The notes below the pieces were generated by a model that did no database searches, had not been told where the DNA came from, and was given only the letters and a program-made list of their open reading frames with translations. A DNA stretch of 64,000 bases from Zootoca vivipara (Eukaryota), in NCBI RefSeq assembly GCF_963506605.1, contig NC_083276.1, positions 50,096,001 through 50,160,000 on the forward strand, in the 5' to 3' direction. Positions 47,693 through 60,112 of the stretch are shown here, piece by piece. Made by a program: the position numbers and the translations under genes. Position 1 is the first letter of the stretch. Each line of letters opens with the position of its first letter.

Positions 47693-50600
47693 CTGAAAAG
47701 GGAGAGTTTTGTTAAGGGCTGAGAACAGGAACTTCACGAGGCTGTTCCCAGCCCACTCCAATGTGCCAAGGCATGTAGATAAAGCCAGTCACAGAATATA
47801 GAGACATCTTGACCATCACACACAAACGTATTGCAAGGCTTTGCATTCCCTCCCCTTCTTGTTCTCAACAGCTTCACAGCAAGCAGAAATCTAGCAGGTG
47901 AGGCATTCATCTGCTGCATCTCCATAGGAGTAAAAGCTGCACACATTCCATTTCTGCCTGTCATGCAGTTCCTGGAGGCTAAAAAACCAGGCCAGAAAAA
48001 AAGTGGCAACTGTCAGAAAACTTAGTTGTCGGATACCTGCCCAATATTATTCACTAGAGTGAATTCAGTGGGTGTGTTTTCATAGGAGACCCATATAGTT
48101 CCACTTTCAGGTCCCATAATTTCAGGACAAAGAAACAAAAACACTTCTTCCTAAAATCCAGCTGTGGGACCCAAATTTATTTTTCATAAAATGGTGTCAT
48201 GTGATCGTAATACATCCCAAAACTACATGAAAATGTTTTCTGACCACCGGCGGAACCCTTTGACACCAGAGTTGGGGCCAAGTCTATATATTGCAGGCCT
48301 TCCAAATAAGTTTCTGCAAAACAACACCCTTATGGTAACAACTTCTTCACACGGTGGTCATGGCTGTGCAGTGCTACTTCCATGTGGATGTTGTATGTAG
48401 AATATACCAAGCCAATACCAGAGATTCTTGGTGGCTGCTACAGAGTGGAGAAGTTGCCACACAGACGCTGTGATTTATAGGCTGCTGCTTTGTTTGGGCC
48501 AAGAATGTGGCAGCACCTTTGAACATGATATCTGTACCTTTAAGGAGCAAATAAAGTCCTTCCTCTTTGCAGCTCCATGCCTGTATTTAAACAGAGCTGA
48601 GCCTGATCAGGGTTTGAATGGGAAGCCTACATATGTTGTTCCAGGTTTTTAAGGGATGGTTGGGATACAAAAGCAATAAGGAAAAAGCACTACTAAAACT
48701 GCCACTGAGGCTATAAAACAGACTATCCCAACTGCTCGAGGGCTTTAAAACAGGCCATCTGTTCAGAGAGAGAGAGAGAGAGAGAGAGCGCTATTCTTCC
48801 TCTCTTCAAGGCTTTCAGCTGGTCTGGCTACCCAAGGGCCAATATACACATTGCAGCTGCCTCCTTACTGAGTGTTGGCTGAGCCATAAACAAACAACTT
48901 AGGTCTGGTTGTGACCTCCATGCTGCCAGGCTTTAAAGCAGATCATCCTGCCTATGGCCGTACACAACAAAAGGGTACCAGCTGTTAGTAGGTTATTGGA
49001 GATTTTAAATCCCCCCATTCCAAAATGCCAACTCAATTGAGATGAAATACTTAGACCTAGTGCTCATGAACAGCAGATAGGTTGGCAAGCCAGTGTCTCG
49101 ACTGTAGCATTTCAGACTGCAGGTGAGGCCTCAACTGAATAAATAATTCTTATGTACTTTTTAAATATTTCCCCCATCCTTTCCCAGTGAGCTAAGAGGT
49201 TCCCTGGCACCAGTAGAGAATCACAACAACCCTCTATGATAGATAAGGCTGAGAAATAGTGACTGACCCAAAGTCACACTGTGAGGTTTATGGCTCACTG
49301 TGCTACATTAGGGACTTTAAGCAGGCGAAATATGTGCTCCCTTTTCCATGACATCTAATTTTCCACAAAGAGGAAATCTGTATGAAGGAGAAACCTAGCG
49401 TGGTCAGGGAGTAACAAAGGAAGCTGCCTTCTCCGAGGGCTCAATGGACAATGAGGCTGACCGGGTACAAGGCAGCTGCCTGTGTTTCTCCTTGGCAAGC
49501 TAGCTCTCTATTTACAGGATTTTTTAAAAAATGGGGAAGCATTCTATAATATCAATCCCCCTCCCAAGTACACTCCTTGTACAAATCTAAAGTGGTACAG
49601 AGCCCACAGGTTTATGTGGGAACCAGACCCTTGTTTCCAGCTTGTCTTGCCGTGTGTGTTAAGGAGACTCATTAGCCCAAAGAAGGATTTTAGATCAGAG
49701 GGCTGAGTTGGAGTGACAGATATAGGCCCCATTTGCACTTTAAAGCAGTATCATACCACTTTAAACCATCATGGCTTCCCCCAAAGAATCCTGCGAAATG
49801 TAGTCTGTTAAGGGTTTATCAGGAGACCTCCTATTCCCCACCAGAGCTACAATTATCAGAGTGGTTTAACACGCAATGCCTCTTCCCAGAGACCTCTGGG
49901 GGTTGCAGCTTTGTGAGTAGGAGTCTCCTAAAAAAACTCTCAGCACAATTTTAAAGGCAGGCCAAGAGTGAACAAATGAACTGGAAGATCACATGTTTAT
50001 TTGAATTTGGGCTTTATCTTCCAAGGTCAAGAAAACTTCCTGGCTAATTGGTTTACTTCCCATAGTGGGAGGAACAGGAGAAGAAGCATCTGAGTCTGAG
50101 GAAGAGGAGAATGAATCCTTTAAAAGGCAAATGAAGCTTTACTGTACAGCTAGGCCATAGGACCATGTAATGAATAAATGAGCAAGCAGCTCTGGAGGAA
50201 AGGTCACCCAGGAAACAAGAGCAATGCATCACTCTAATCCGTGATTCCCAAACTTGGGCCATCAGCTGTTTTTGGACTACAACACCTATCATCCCTAGCT
50301 AGCAAGACCAGTGGTCAGGAATGATAGGAACTGTAATCCAAAAACAGCTGGAGACCCAAGTTTGGGAAATACTGCTCTGTTCAAATGATACACTCTTGTA
50401 AATAAAACAAACCACAGGGGCAAGACTGGCTGTTTACACACCATACATTTAAAGCACATCCCCACCAAAAAAATCATGGGAGCAGTAGTTTGCCTTTCAT
50501 AGGCCTATAATTCCCAGCATCCTTAAACTACAGTTCCCAGGATTCCTTGGAAGAAGTAATGGGCTTTAAATGTATGATACATATGCAGCCTTTGCTAGAG

Positions 50601-50725
50601 CTACCCTTAAGACAGAAGGATAATCTGCACCGTCTGAGGAAATGGCTGGCTGGATTCAGCAGTGATTTGGGGTAGTTCTGGCTCTTCAAGAGGGCTTTAG
50701 TAACAATTAGTAACACTTGACTCAC

Positions 50726-50846
50726 TTTTACTGGTTGTGTATATGTCTGGCGTTGGAGCTGTTTTTACCGTCTGCGATGCTGAAGAGAATTCTGGGAGAC
50801 ACGGCATTAGGGAGCCCAGAACCAGAACAAAGCACAAAACGAGGAC
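50726..50846 (-). CDS. CREB3L1: CREB3L1 exon (transmembrane segment)
   Basis: VLVLCFVLVLGSLMPCLPEFSSASQTVK...; acceptor ccacag|, donor |gtgagt; 121 nt. Confidence 0.95.
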
Positions 50847-51032
50847 CTGTGGAGGAGATGCAGCAGAAATAGTCAGTGCAGTCAACAAACAGGGTGTGGA
50901 TATGTACACGAGTTCACACAAGTCAACTGAGGAGAAAAGAAGGAAATCACAAACTATTACAGTACTGTGAAAATCAACATAATTCAGTTACTAAGCGCAT
51001 ATTTACTTTAGTATTTAGTTTAGATGTGTGTA

Positions 51033-51258
51033 CAGTGGTACCTTGGTTTGCATACATTTTGGATTACAAACACGTCAAACCCGGAAGTGTGTGTCCCGGT
51101 TTGCAACCTTTTTTTGGATTACAACCCATTTTGGGGGGATTACGAACAATTTTTTTGTGGGAGGCCCCATTGGCGAAAGCGCACCTTGGGTTACAACCTA
51201 TTTTGGTTTACAAACGGACCTCCAGAATGGCTTATGGTTGTAAACCAAGGTACCACTG
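51033..51258. mobile_element. Tc1/mariner (Tigger-like) MITE
   Basis: TA|CAGTGGTACCTTGGTTT...AAACCAAGGTACCACTG|TA. Confidence 0.85.
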
Positions 51259-51881
51259 TACTTATTCCATTAAAATCCCAAATGCCAATATGATACTTGC
51301 AAGCAAACCAAACCACTGACATCTGAATGTTAGCATTACATTCAGGTTTTAAAACAAATTATTTACTCCATTTCTGTTCTGCCTTTCCTCCAATGAGCCC
51401 AGGGCTGCATACATGACTACCACCACCCCTGGTTATTCTCACAACAACCCTGTGAGGTAGACTAGGCAAAGAAAAAGTAATTGGTCCAATGTGAGCTTAG
51501 TGGCTGAGTGGGAATTGAAACTGGATGGCCCTAGTCCTAGACACTTTAACCACATTTAGAAGAAAAGTAGGAGAAACAAAATTCAGAGACCACTAAACTA
51601 AAACATCTCATTCTTGCCCATAGAAGAACGACACCTCCCCCCCCCCCAGCAGGACTTATGATTTGTCTCCCTCCAAACAAAACATGAACTGTAACAAATG
51701 TTTCTTCTTGGATTACCACTCTTGGGTTTGTCTGGGGGAGACAAACCACAAATCTGGTCAAATGGGTCAAACACCATCCAAGTCCAAGACCACCTGGGGG
51801 AAAAATGAGATATATGTACACAATGAAGAAATAAAGCTCAGGACTTAAGTAACCAAGGAATGGGTAGCATGCAGACCTTAC

Positions 51882-51981
51882 CATCAAGCAGGTCCCTGTC
51901 TGTGTGGAAGCCATTTTATATGGCCTAGAAACTTTCCCTGCTACCAGAGCTTGCAGTTTTTGTAGTTGCTGCAGGAGAGTC
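51882..51981 (-). CDS. CREB3L1: CREB3L1 exon (end of leucine zipper)
   Basis: (R)[33 protein letters not shown]; acceptor ctctcatag|, donor |gtaagg; 100 nt. Confidence 0.96.
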
Positions 51982-54900
51982 CTATGAGAGAGCAATTTTT
52001 TTTACATTTAAAAGAAACTGTTAAAAAAATCAGAGAAAGAAAGAAACAGAAAGAAATCCAAAGACATTACAAATTCAGAAACTTATTATTTATTGTTATT
52101 ATTTATTGAATTTATATACCGCCCTATACCTGGAGGTCTTAAGTAGCCTGAGCTTAATACTTTCAATGTTCTTTTTTCCAGAAATACTATATGCACTATG
52201 TAAGATATGAAATGTAAAAATCAATTCAATGTTCCGGTGAAGATGTAAGCACTTCAGAACAAGTCATGGAAATGAGATGCTCCTTTAGCTAACGCTACAT
52301 TATTTACAGACCCTTTCAACTTTTAACATAGAAACTATCTTATGAACTGCTCTACCATGGTAGGGTTTGCACACCCACAGTGGCAGGTTACATGCCTAAT
52401 TTTGTTAAACCCCAAAAATGTTAATAGCCTTAGGGATTAATGCCTGAAAACCTCATTTGTCCATAGGTATAATGCTGGGGTTGTTTATTTTCCCAGTAGC
52501 TGCTATCTTTTAAAAGAACAGTGTGAACGGTTTGAGGATGTGACGTAATTACTGCTGCACATAGTGAACCATGGATTCAGATTAGAGCTGGATTAGAGTA
52601 CGTAGACCTGGGAACCATTTCAGAATAACTGCTTTGATGCAGACAAACAGAAGTACCAGGAGAGGAAGAAAGAGTGAGATGGGGGGCAGGGCAGGGGAGG
52701 TCTATTATTCCAAATACAACCAACAATAAGCGGAACTCCAGAATTCATGGGAGAAAGGGTTCATAAACTGAACACAAGGATTCATAAAAAGCCCAGCAGA
52801 TGGCAGTCACCAACCACCAACATAGCTACTTTAGCTACTGAAAAGCGGAGAATATGCTCAACGCTTCCAGGGTCTCTAGGGAGCAGCATCAAGCCACAAA
52901 GGTAGGGTCAGAAGCTGCTGTTAGGCAATCAGAGGAAATGAGTGTGACAAAGAGTCTCTGAATGAGGGCAAGGAGCTCAAGTGCAAGGTCAAGTGTGCTG
53001 GCAAGATTAAGTGAGGGGATAGGTCCTGGATAACAGGGTCACTGATGATAGTTTCCCCCATTTGGTTAAAGTCTTGCAGATTACAGAAAGCCTGATGGGA
53101 AGAGCCTGGGAAGGGAGCATCTAAGGCTGATTACACAAGGACATGAAGCAAACCATGCTGTGAAGCTCCTCTAGAGGTGCTTTATTCCTGCACTATTCAT
53201 ACATATGCTGATCACAAAGGAATGCCTTAATTCTGCCCACAGAAGAAATTTGGGTGCATTTCAGAGGGCAAATAAGCCCATACTGTTTGTGACTAATGGG
53301 AATGCTGGAAAGAGAAGACCAGGTCCTGTTTCTGCATTGCTCACCTAGACCAGGAGAAGCCAATGTGGTTCCCTTCAGATGTTGTGGACTACAACTCCCA
53401 TCATTCCTGACTGTTACGGTAGTTATGCTGGAGATCATGGGAGTTGTAATCCAGAATATCTGGACGGCAACACATTGTCTTCCCCTGACAGAAAGTGAAT
53501 CCTCTATAAAGAAAAGTCTGTACTCCTGGTTCCTTCTTCCATCTCAGCACCTCTTGGTGTGGATAATACATTTGTAAAGCTGAAAAAGCTATTCATGTGA
53601 CCCCAGCCTGTGGGCATGCATGGAGAAAAAGAGTGAAACTAGAGCACAGTAGCCTAGTCTAGGATGTGGAGGTGTTGCCCCCAAACCTGTTGTCTTTTGC
53701 ATATGTTTTATGTGCTGTGACTTTGGTTTTGGCCCTTCATGGGAGGCTAGGCAAAACTCCCGGTCCCCCCTGTTGTCTTCTCCCATTGCTACATGAAGCG
53801 GATATTTTGTCTTCTCCATAAGCATCAAAAGAAACAAATTCCTTGGACAGAGATTCTGCCAGGCGGGAACAAGGGGGTCTCAAGGATTGTTCAGGCAGAA
53901 GCCCAGCTCACGGCAAGAGGCAATATCTGCTTCTTTGTTATGGCAAGTGTGGTGCCTTAGAAGGGGTGGCACCACACCAAAACCTAAACCAGAACCGTAC
54001 AGAGACAACTCTCCCCCAGATTGAGGCAAGAATCCCAGGAACTGTACTTTCCCCCTCTCAGATCTACAGTTCCCAGGATCGTTAAGAGGAAGCCATGTGC
54101 TTTACATGCAGGTGTGGCCTTTGATTCTGAGGGCAGCAGTTTAGCATTCTGTTCCCAGCCTATTTTTTGCTAACAGGCCTGCCATAAGAACTCCCCTAAA
54201 ACTGCTCCTCATGTAGCTGCTAGACTCTTTTCTAGGTAACACTCTCCGCACCTCAAAGAACACAGAAAAGAGTTTCATTTAATGCAACGAAAGGCCAGGT
54301 CCTCAACCACTCATAGAAGGCCTGGGGGGAAAGTAGAACTCCACACAGTCCCCTGTTCCTTCAGGCATCTTGATTGGCTCTGAGCTCAGCTGGTTGTGTT
54401 TTTTGCCTCCCCACCCCACCCCACCCATCTATAAAACCCTTCCAAAAGATCAGCTTCTAATCTGGACATTTGGCTGGTGAACTTCAGTGACTGAGCCAGG
54501 ACTGACTTCCTTGCTCCCTTCAATGCAGGCCCACTTAACCCTCGTCCTGGTCGCTGACTCTTGTTCACCATGGCCCGTTCCTCACCCTTGGCTATATAGA
54601 ATGCTTCCCGGGATAATGATTCCAGCTTATACCTACCTAACCTTGGCAAGCACTCTCCCAAGAAACCAATCTACAATTAATTTCACTTCAGCTGTCAGCC
54701 AGTTGGCCCCAAGGCCAGGTAGGCCACTGGGAGAGGGGCAGGTTCTCGAGAACAGGAGGAAATGGTCCACTCAGAGGTGCCCCCATCTGCACCTCCATCT
54801 GTCAAAAGTTCCTTCCTGGCTGTCATAACACAAACATTCCTCATTTGCTAACCAAACCCAGCTGACTAGCTGCTGCTGCTGCTGCTGGAAAAAATAAAAA

Positions 54901-55025
54901 AGTTATACTTTGGGGTAAGCCAAAGTCCGCCAAGAAATCTCTTCTCTTTTTGTTCCCAGCCTTCCCCTGACCTCCCTTGCTTGGCACCATCCTTCAGTCA
55001 AAGATCAAATGTGGGTTCTCCTCAC

Positions 55026-55094
55026 CTGTTTGCATTTTCTAAGGTCTCTACTTTTTTCCACAGTTCATTGTTCTCAGATGTATAACTTTCAACC
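55026..55094 (-). CDS. CREB3L1: CREB3L1 exon (leucine zipper)
   Basis: (K)[22 protein letters not shown](R); acceptor ttctccag|, donor |gtgag; 69 nt. Confidence 0.96.
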
Positions 55095-55644
55095 CTGGAG
55101 AAGTAAAAACAAGCCCCATTTTAGAAATAAAGAAATCCATCAGCCTGATGCACAGCCACCTCCAAAATCTCACCCTTAAGCGCTAACCTACTGTAGATGC
55201 AGCTATGAATTGCAGTTAACATTCACAGTTTTGTGATTTAAATAACAGTAGCAAGGAAGCTCCAGCAGTCCCCAAACTGTTAGAGTGGGGGGGGGGGACT
55301 TTAACTCTTTCTGTCCCTATAATGGTCCTGACAAAATAGCTTCTCTGACATTGCAATCCTACACATGCCTACTCATAAGTAACCCCCCCCCCTTAGGTTC
55401 AACAGGATTTACTTTCAGCTGCATATAGCCCTGCTGCTGCTCTTTGCATTTCAAGAGAAGCTGCACTGGTGCCATTCTGGAGATCCTTGAAATGCAAATA
55501 ACATATTTGGAGAGGCAATTTTATCAAGACTGTGGCAGAAAGAGAGAGTTAACCTTCCCTTCCCACTCCAGTCCCAAGGCTGCTCAGAATTCCCCTCAGA
55601 TGCTATTTGCATAACAAGAAACACTCATTTTTACTCTTGGAGGG

Positions 55645-56660
55645 AACTGATTTCCTAGATCCATTTCAATTGGTGTTTTAGGCCCGGGTTTCGGTACAGA
55701 AACTACTTCAGTTGCCCTGTGTGATTAGCTCTGTTGGGAGAGAGATGAGAAACATGTCCCTGTTAATTCCCCTTGACTTCTCAGCAGCTTTTGATACCAT
55801 CAATCATGGTATCCTTCTGGGGTGGCTGTCTGGGTTCGGGGTGGGCAGCACTGCTTTGCAGTGGTTCCAGTCCTACTTGAATGGTCATTTCCAGAGGGTG
55901 ATGCTTGGGGAGTGCTATCTGGCCCCATGGAGCCTTCATGGTGGGGTTCCTCAGGGTTGGATTTTATCTCCTATGCTGTTTAATATCTACATGAAACCGC
56001 TGAGTGCGGTCATCCAGAATTTTGGAGTACGTTGTCAGCAATATGCTGATGTCACACAGCTCTACTTCTCCTTTTACATTTGCAGGGGTGGCAGTGCTGA
56101 ACCATTGTCTTGCGTTGGTTATGGACTGGATTAGAGCCAATCCAGATAAGATTTAGGCATTATTAGTGGGTGGTTCCCTAGAAAAGATGAATGGAAGGTG
56201 GTCTGCTCTTGATAAGATTGCACTCCCTCTGAAAGAACAGGTACTTCTTCCGAGTCCACTGCTGTTGCTTGAGGCTCAGGTGGCCTCAGTGACATGTAAT
56301 GCCTTCCCATCAGCTTCAGCTGGTGGCTCAGCTGCACCCATATCTGAGCAGGGGTAGCCTAACATCTGCCTATGCTCTGGTAACCTAGATTACTGCAATA
56401 CGTTATACTTGGGGCTGCCTCTGAAGACGGTTCCGAAACTTCAGCTAGTGTAGAATTTAGTTGCCAGGTTGCTGACAAGGGCAAGACAGTTTGAGCATAT
56501 TGAGTTTTCATATTCTGAAGAGCAAAAAAAAGAGGACACATTTGCCTACTTTTAACTATGAATCGCTTGGACAACTCTCATTTTACAAACCCATGAAAAT
56601 GAGGATGTGTCCTGGAAAAAGAGGACATATGGCTACCCTTAAACCAATCCTGCAGCTGAA
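55645..56660 (+). mobile_element. Degenerate L2 RT fragment with a small insertion near 56500-56640
   Basis: LDFSAAFDTINHGIL...GVPQGWILSPMLFNIYM...QYADVTQLY motifs, with frameshifts. Confidence 0.85.
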
Positions 56661-57705
56661 AACGTAGAAATCAGGGCTGAATAAGCCCTGTTTGTAGGAA
56701 GTATAATTTTATATTTTCTTATTCAGATTTATATGCCACCCTTCAATTGGGGGGGGATCCAGTGCCATTCACAAAAGTACAACAAAATGCAACAGGAAAT
56801 ACTGTAAAGCTATTAAACAACCATTAATCGCAACATCAAGGTGTATTCCTGCTCTTCTTACATTGTGCCCATTGTGCAGAATATGCTGCAAGAAACTCTT
56901 GTTATCTCCCATATAGCATTTTTCTATGTACAAAGTTCTTTACAATTCTAACTGCATTTACCTTCACTATGGAACAGAGAAGTTGGTTAGGCTAAGTAGA
57001 TGGTGACTGACCCAAAGTCATCCAATAAGCTTCATGGATGCTTATTGTAACAAAAGCTACCGCCTCATTCACTGATCCATGCTTCTCCCTCCCACTCCCT
57101 TTTTCAAGGATGAGGATCAGTGAGATGGTGGTACCTGGCTATCCATGAAGAATAGCACATTTGTTATTGAATTCAAGGACACAGATTCAAGGACATCTCA
57201 CCCAGCAGCAAATTCCTTTCATGGGAACAGGAACTAAGGAATTTGTGCTATAACAACTCTGGTTTCTCCTTCCATCTTTATTAAACTATTTGCAGTGCTT
57301 GGGAAAGCACACTGAAAGCTCAAGGGGTTTTGAACAGGCTGCTGGAGAACAATCTTTCTCCCTTGGCATTCGAGTTTAATTTACATAATTGTTATATGGT
57401 GAAACATTTGATTTAAGTGATATCGTTAAGCACATATCGTTTCATACATTTATTTATTAGATGTGCATCTTACTCTCTGGGTAGCTGGTGGACTTCTTGA
57501 ATCATTACATTCAAGACTTTGACAACAGCACGATTCTTTCCTAAAGCAGGGACGCATTAGGGAAGAGACTTAAGAGAATGTGCCACTTCTGCAAGAGGGT
57601 CACGCTGCTCCAGTAATTCTCATGATGCAGCCAAGTACAAAAGAAACTACTGATCTTACAAATCTAGAGTTAATGTAGCATGGAAGCTCAGAGAGAAGAA
57701 CATAC

Positions 57706-57764
57706 TTTTTCTCCAGACACTCCACATATTCTTTCTTCTTCCTGCGGCTCTCCTGTGCAGAAAT
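57706..57764 (-). CDS. CREB3L1: CREB3L1 exon (bZIP basic region)
   Basis: ISAQESRRKKKEYVECLEK(K); acceptor ttccttag|, donor |gtatgt; 59 nt. Confidence 0.97.
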
Positions 57765-58039
57765 CTAAGGAATGAGGAATGCCAACGTTAGAAATGCGAA
57801 TGTAAGCTCCTGAAGAACAGTTCCCATATAGTAACTCTCCAGCCTGGCACCCTCTGGGTGTTTTGGACTACAACTCCCATCAGCCCCAGCCAGCATGACC
57901 AATGGTCAAAGATGATGGGAGGTCCAAAACAGCTAATATAATAATTATAATTATAATTTATTATTTATACCCTGCCCATCTGGCTGGGTTTCCCCAGTCA
58001 CTCTGGGCGGCTCTCAATCGAATATTAAAAACACAATAC

Positions 58040-58129
58040 CATAGCTGTCAAGTTCTCCCTTTCTTTAAGGGAAATTCCCTTATGCTGAATAGGCCTCTTC
58101 GCGAGAAAAGGGAAAACTTGACAGCGATG
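58040..58129. mobile_element. 90-bp hAT-type MITE nested in a minus-strand L2 3' end (~57945-58165)
   Basis: TIRs CATAGCTGTCAAGTT / AACTTGACAGCGATG; 8-bp TSD CACAATAC. Confidence 0.8.
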
Positions 58130-58401
58130 CACAATACAGCATTAAAAATTAAAAACGTTCAATAATAATAATTTATCTAGGGAGTATGTGAGTAGGGAAA
58201 GCTGTTCTAAGGGGTCAAAGTCAAACTAAATGTGATGTGAATAGCATCACCCACATTTCGTTTTGTTTTTTTAGAATTTAAAAGCAGCCACAGAGAAGCC
58301 AAATTTGGATCAGGGTCCCAGCACTTGGGGGAGTTAATCCTTTCTACCCCACATCAAGGCGCTGTTCCCTTTGCTGAACAAAACCCTCAATGGTTACCAT
58401 T

Positions 58402-59143
58402 GGTGACATTTTTCCATCTTCGCCGCATTAAGCAGTCGGTCCCCTACCTTTCTCAACCTGATCTGACCACAGTGATCCATGCAATGGTCACCTCTAGGCT
58501 TGATTATTGTAACTCGCTCTACGCGGGGCTGCCCTTGAAACTGACCCAGAAACTCCAGCGGGTGCAGAATGCTGTGGCGAGGCTCCTTACGGGGTCCCGG
58601 CCGCGGGATCACATTCATCTAGTGCTTTACCAACAGCACTGGCTCCCGGTGCAGTACAGGATCAGGTTTAAGGTGCTGGTTTTGACCTTTAAAGCCTTAT
58701 GCGGCTTAGGACCCTCGTACCTACGGGACCGCCTCTCCCGGTATGACCCACAGAGGACATTAAGATCCACAAATAATAACATACTGGAGATCCCGAGTCA
58801 CAAGGTGGTTAGGCTGGCCTCAACCAGGACCAGGGCCTTCTCAGTACTGGCCCCGACCTGGTGGAATGCTCTGTCCCAGGAGACTAGGGCCCTGCAGGAT
58901 TTGTCATCTTTTTGTAGGGCCTGCAAGACAGAGCTGTTCCGTTTGGCCTTTGGACTGACGCAGTCTGACCCCACGGTTACCCTCCCCTAAGGTTTTATCT
59001 CATAATGGTTTTATTTTATTTGTAGATTTTGAATTTTAACATTGTATTAATCTGCATTTTAACTGAATTGTTTCTTTTATACTTGTGCTGATATTATCTG
59101 TTGTTAGTCGCCCTGACTGGGAAGGGCGGGGTATAAATAAACC
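58402..59143 (+). mobile_element. Young 5'-truncated L2 LINE
   Basis: Uninterrupted ~195-aa RT C-terminus (FFHLRRI...TSRLDYCNSLYAGLP...LQRVQNAVARL...HWLPV...RAFSVLAPTWWNAL); CpGs retained; possible TSD TACCATT. Confidence 0.88.
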
Positions 59144-59249
59144 TACCATTCAAATTATAGACTGGTCATTTCTTCGTCAGAGGGCAAACGGGCAAATTTA
59201 GCAGGGGATCAACCCCCCCCCCTGTAGATTTTCTGTGTCATATCTTTTA

Positions 59250-60112
59250 AGATATCTTTATTGTCATTGTCCCCTTGCGGGAACAGCGAAATTACTCAGT
59301 TGCTACATCCACTCAGATAAAGCATTCCACATAATCCAAAATAACAAAATCTAATTAAAAACAGTAAATATATTACAAAATTACAAGTAAAATAAGATGA
59401 CTTCAAAGTCCAGGCTTTCCATTTAAGGCCAAAATCGCTCTAGAGAAGAAACTGTTCCTGAGACGGCTTGTTCTTGCCTGCATTGTTCTATATCTCCGTC
59501 CCGATGGCAGGAGCTCAAAGAAATGGTGACCAGGGTGCGTTGGATCTCTTGAAATGTCTAGTGCTTTTCTATGGCACCTGGTGGTGTAGATTTGTTCTAA
59601 GGTGGAGAGTGAGCAGCCAATAATGCTCTCTGCTGTTTTAATAATTCTACACAGCCTTGCTCTATTCTGAGAAGTACAGCTTCCGTACCACACACATCAA
59701 CCGTACGTGAGCACGCTCTGTATGGCACAGTGATAGAAGGCAAGCAGCATCTTTTGTGGAAGATGGTTTTTCCTTAAAGTTCTCAAAAAATACAGTCTCT
59801 GCTGTGCCTTCTTCACAAGCCCCCTTGTATTAACACTCCAGGACAGATCCTCCTGTAACTCAATGCCTAGAAATCTAAACGTTGTTACCCTCTCCACACA
59901 AATTCCGTCAATCAAAAGTGGCTGGACCTTGTTCCTCTGTCTCCTAAAGTCCATCACAAGCTCCTTTGTTTTCTTTGTATTTATGCCGCTCCACCTCATC
60001 TCTATAGTCCGTTTCACCCTCCTTATCAGAGATGAGCCCGATCACAGTTGTGTCACCTGCAAATTTGACAACCCTATTTCTAGGGTGGGTAGCGACACAA
60101 TCATACGTATAA
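59250..60112 (-). mobile_element. Rex1/Babar LINE, 5'-truncated, few frameshifts
   Basis: KFAGDTTVIGLI, KTKELVMDFRR, KKAQQRLYFLRTLRK, DPTHPGHHFFELLPSGRRYR, RTSRLRNSFF; tail caatgacaataaag. Confidence 0.88.
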
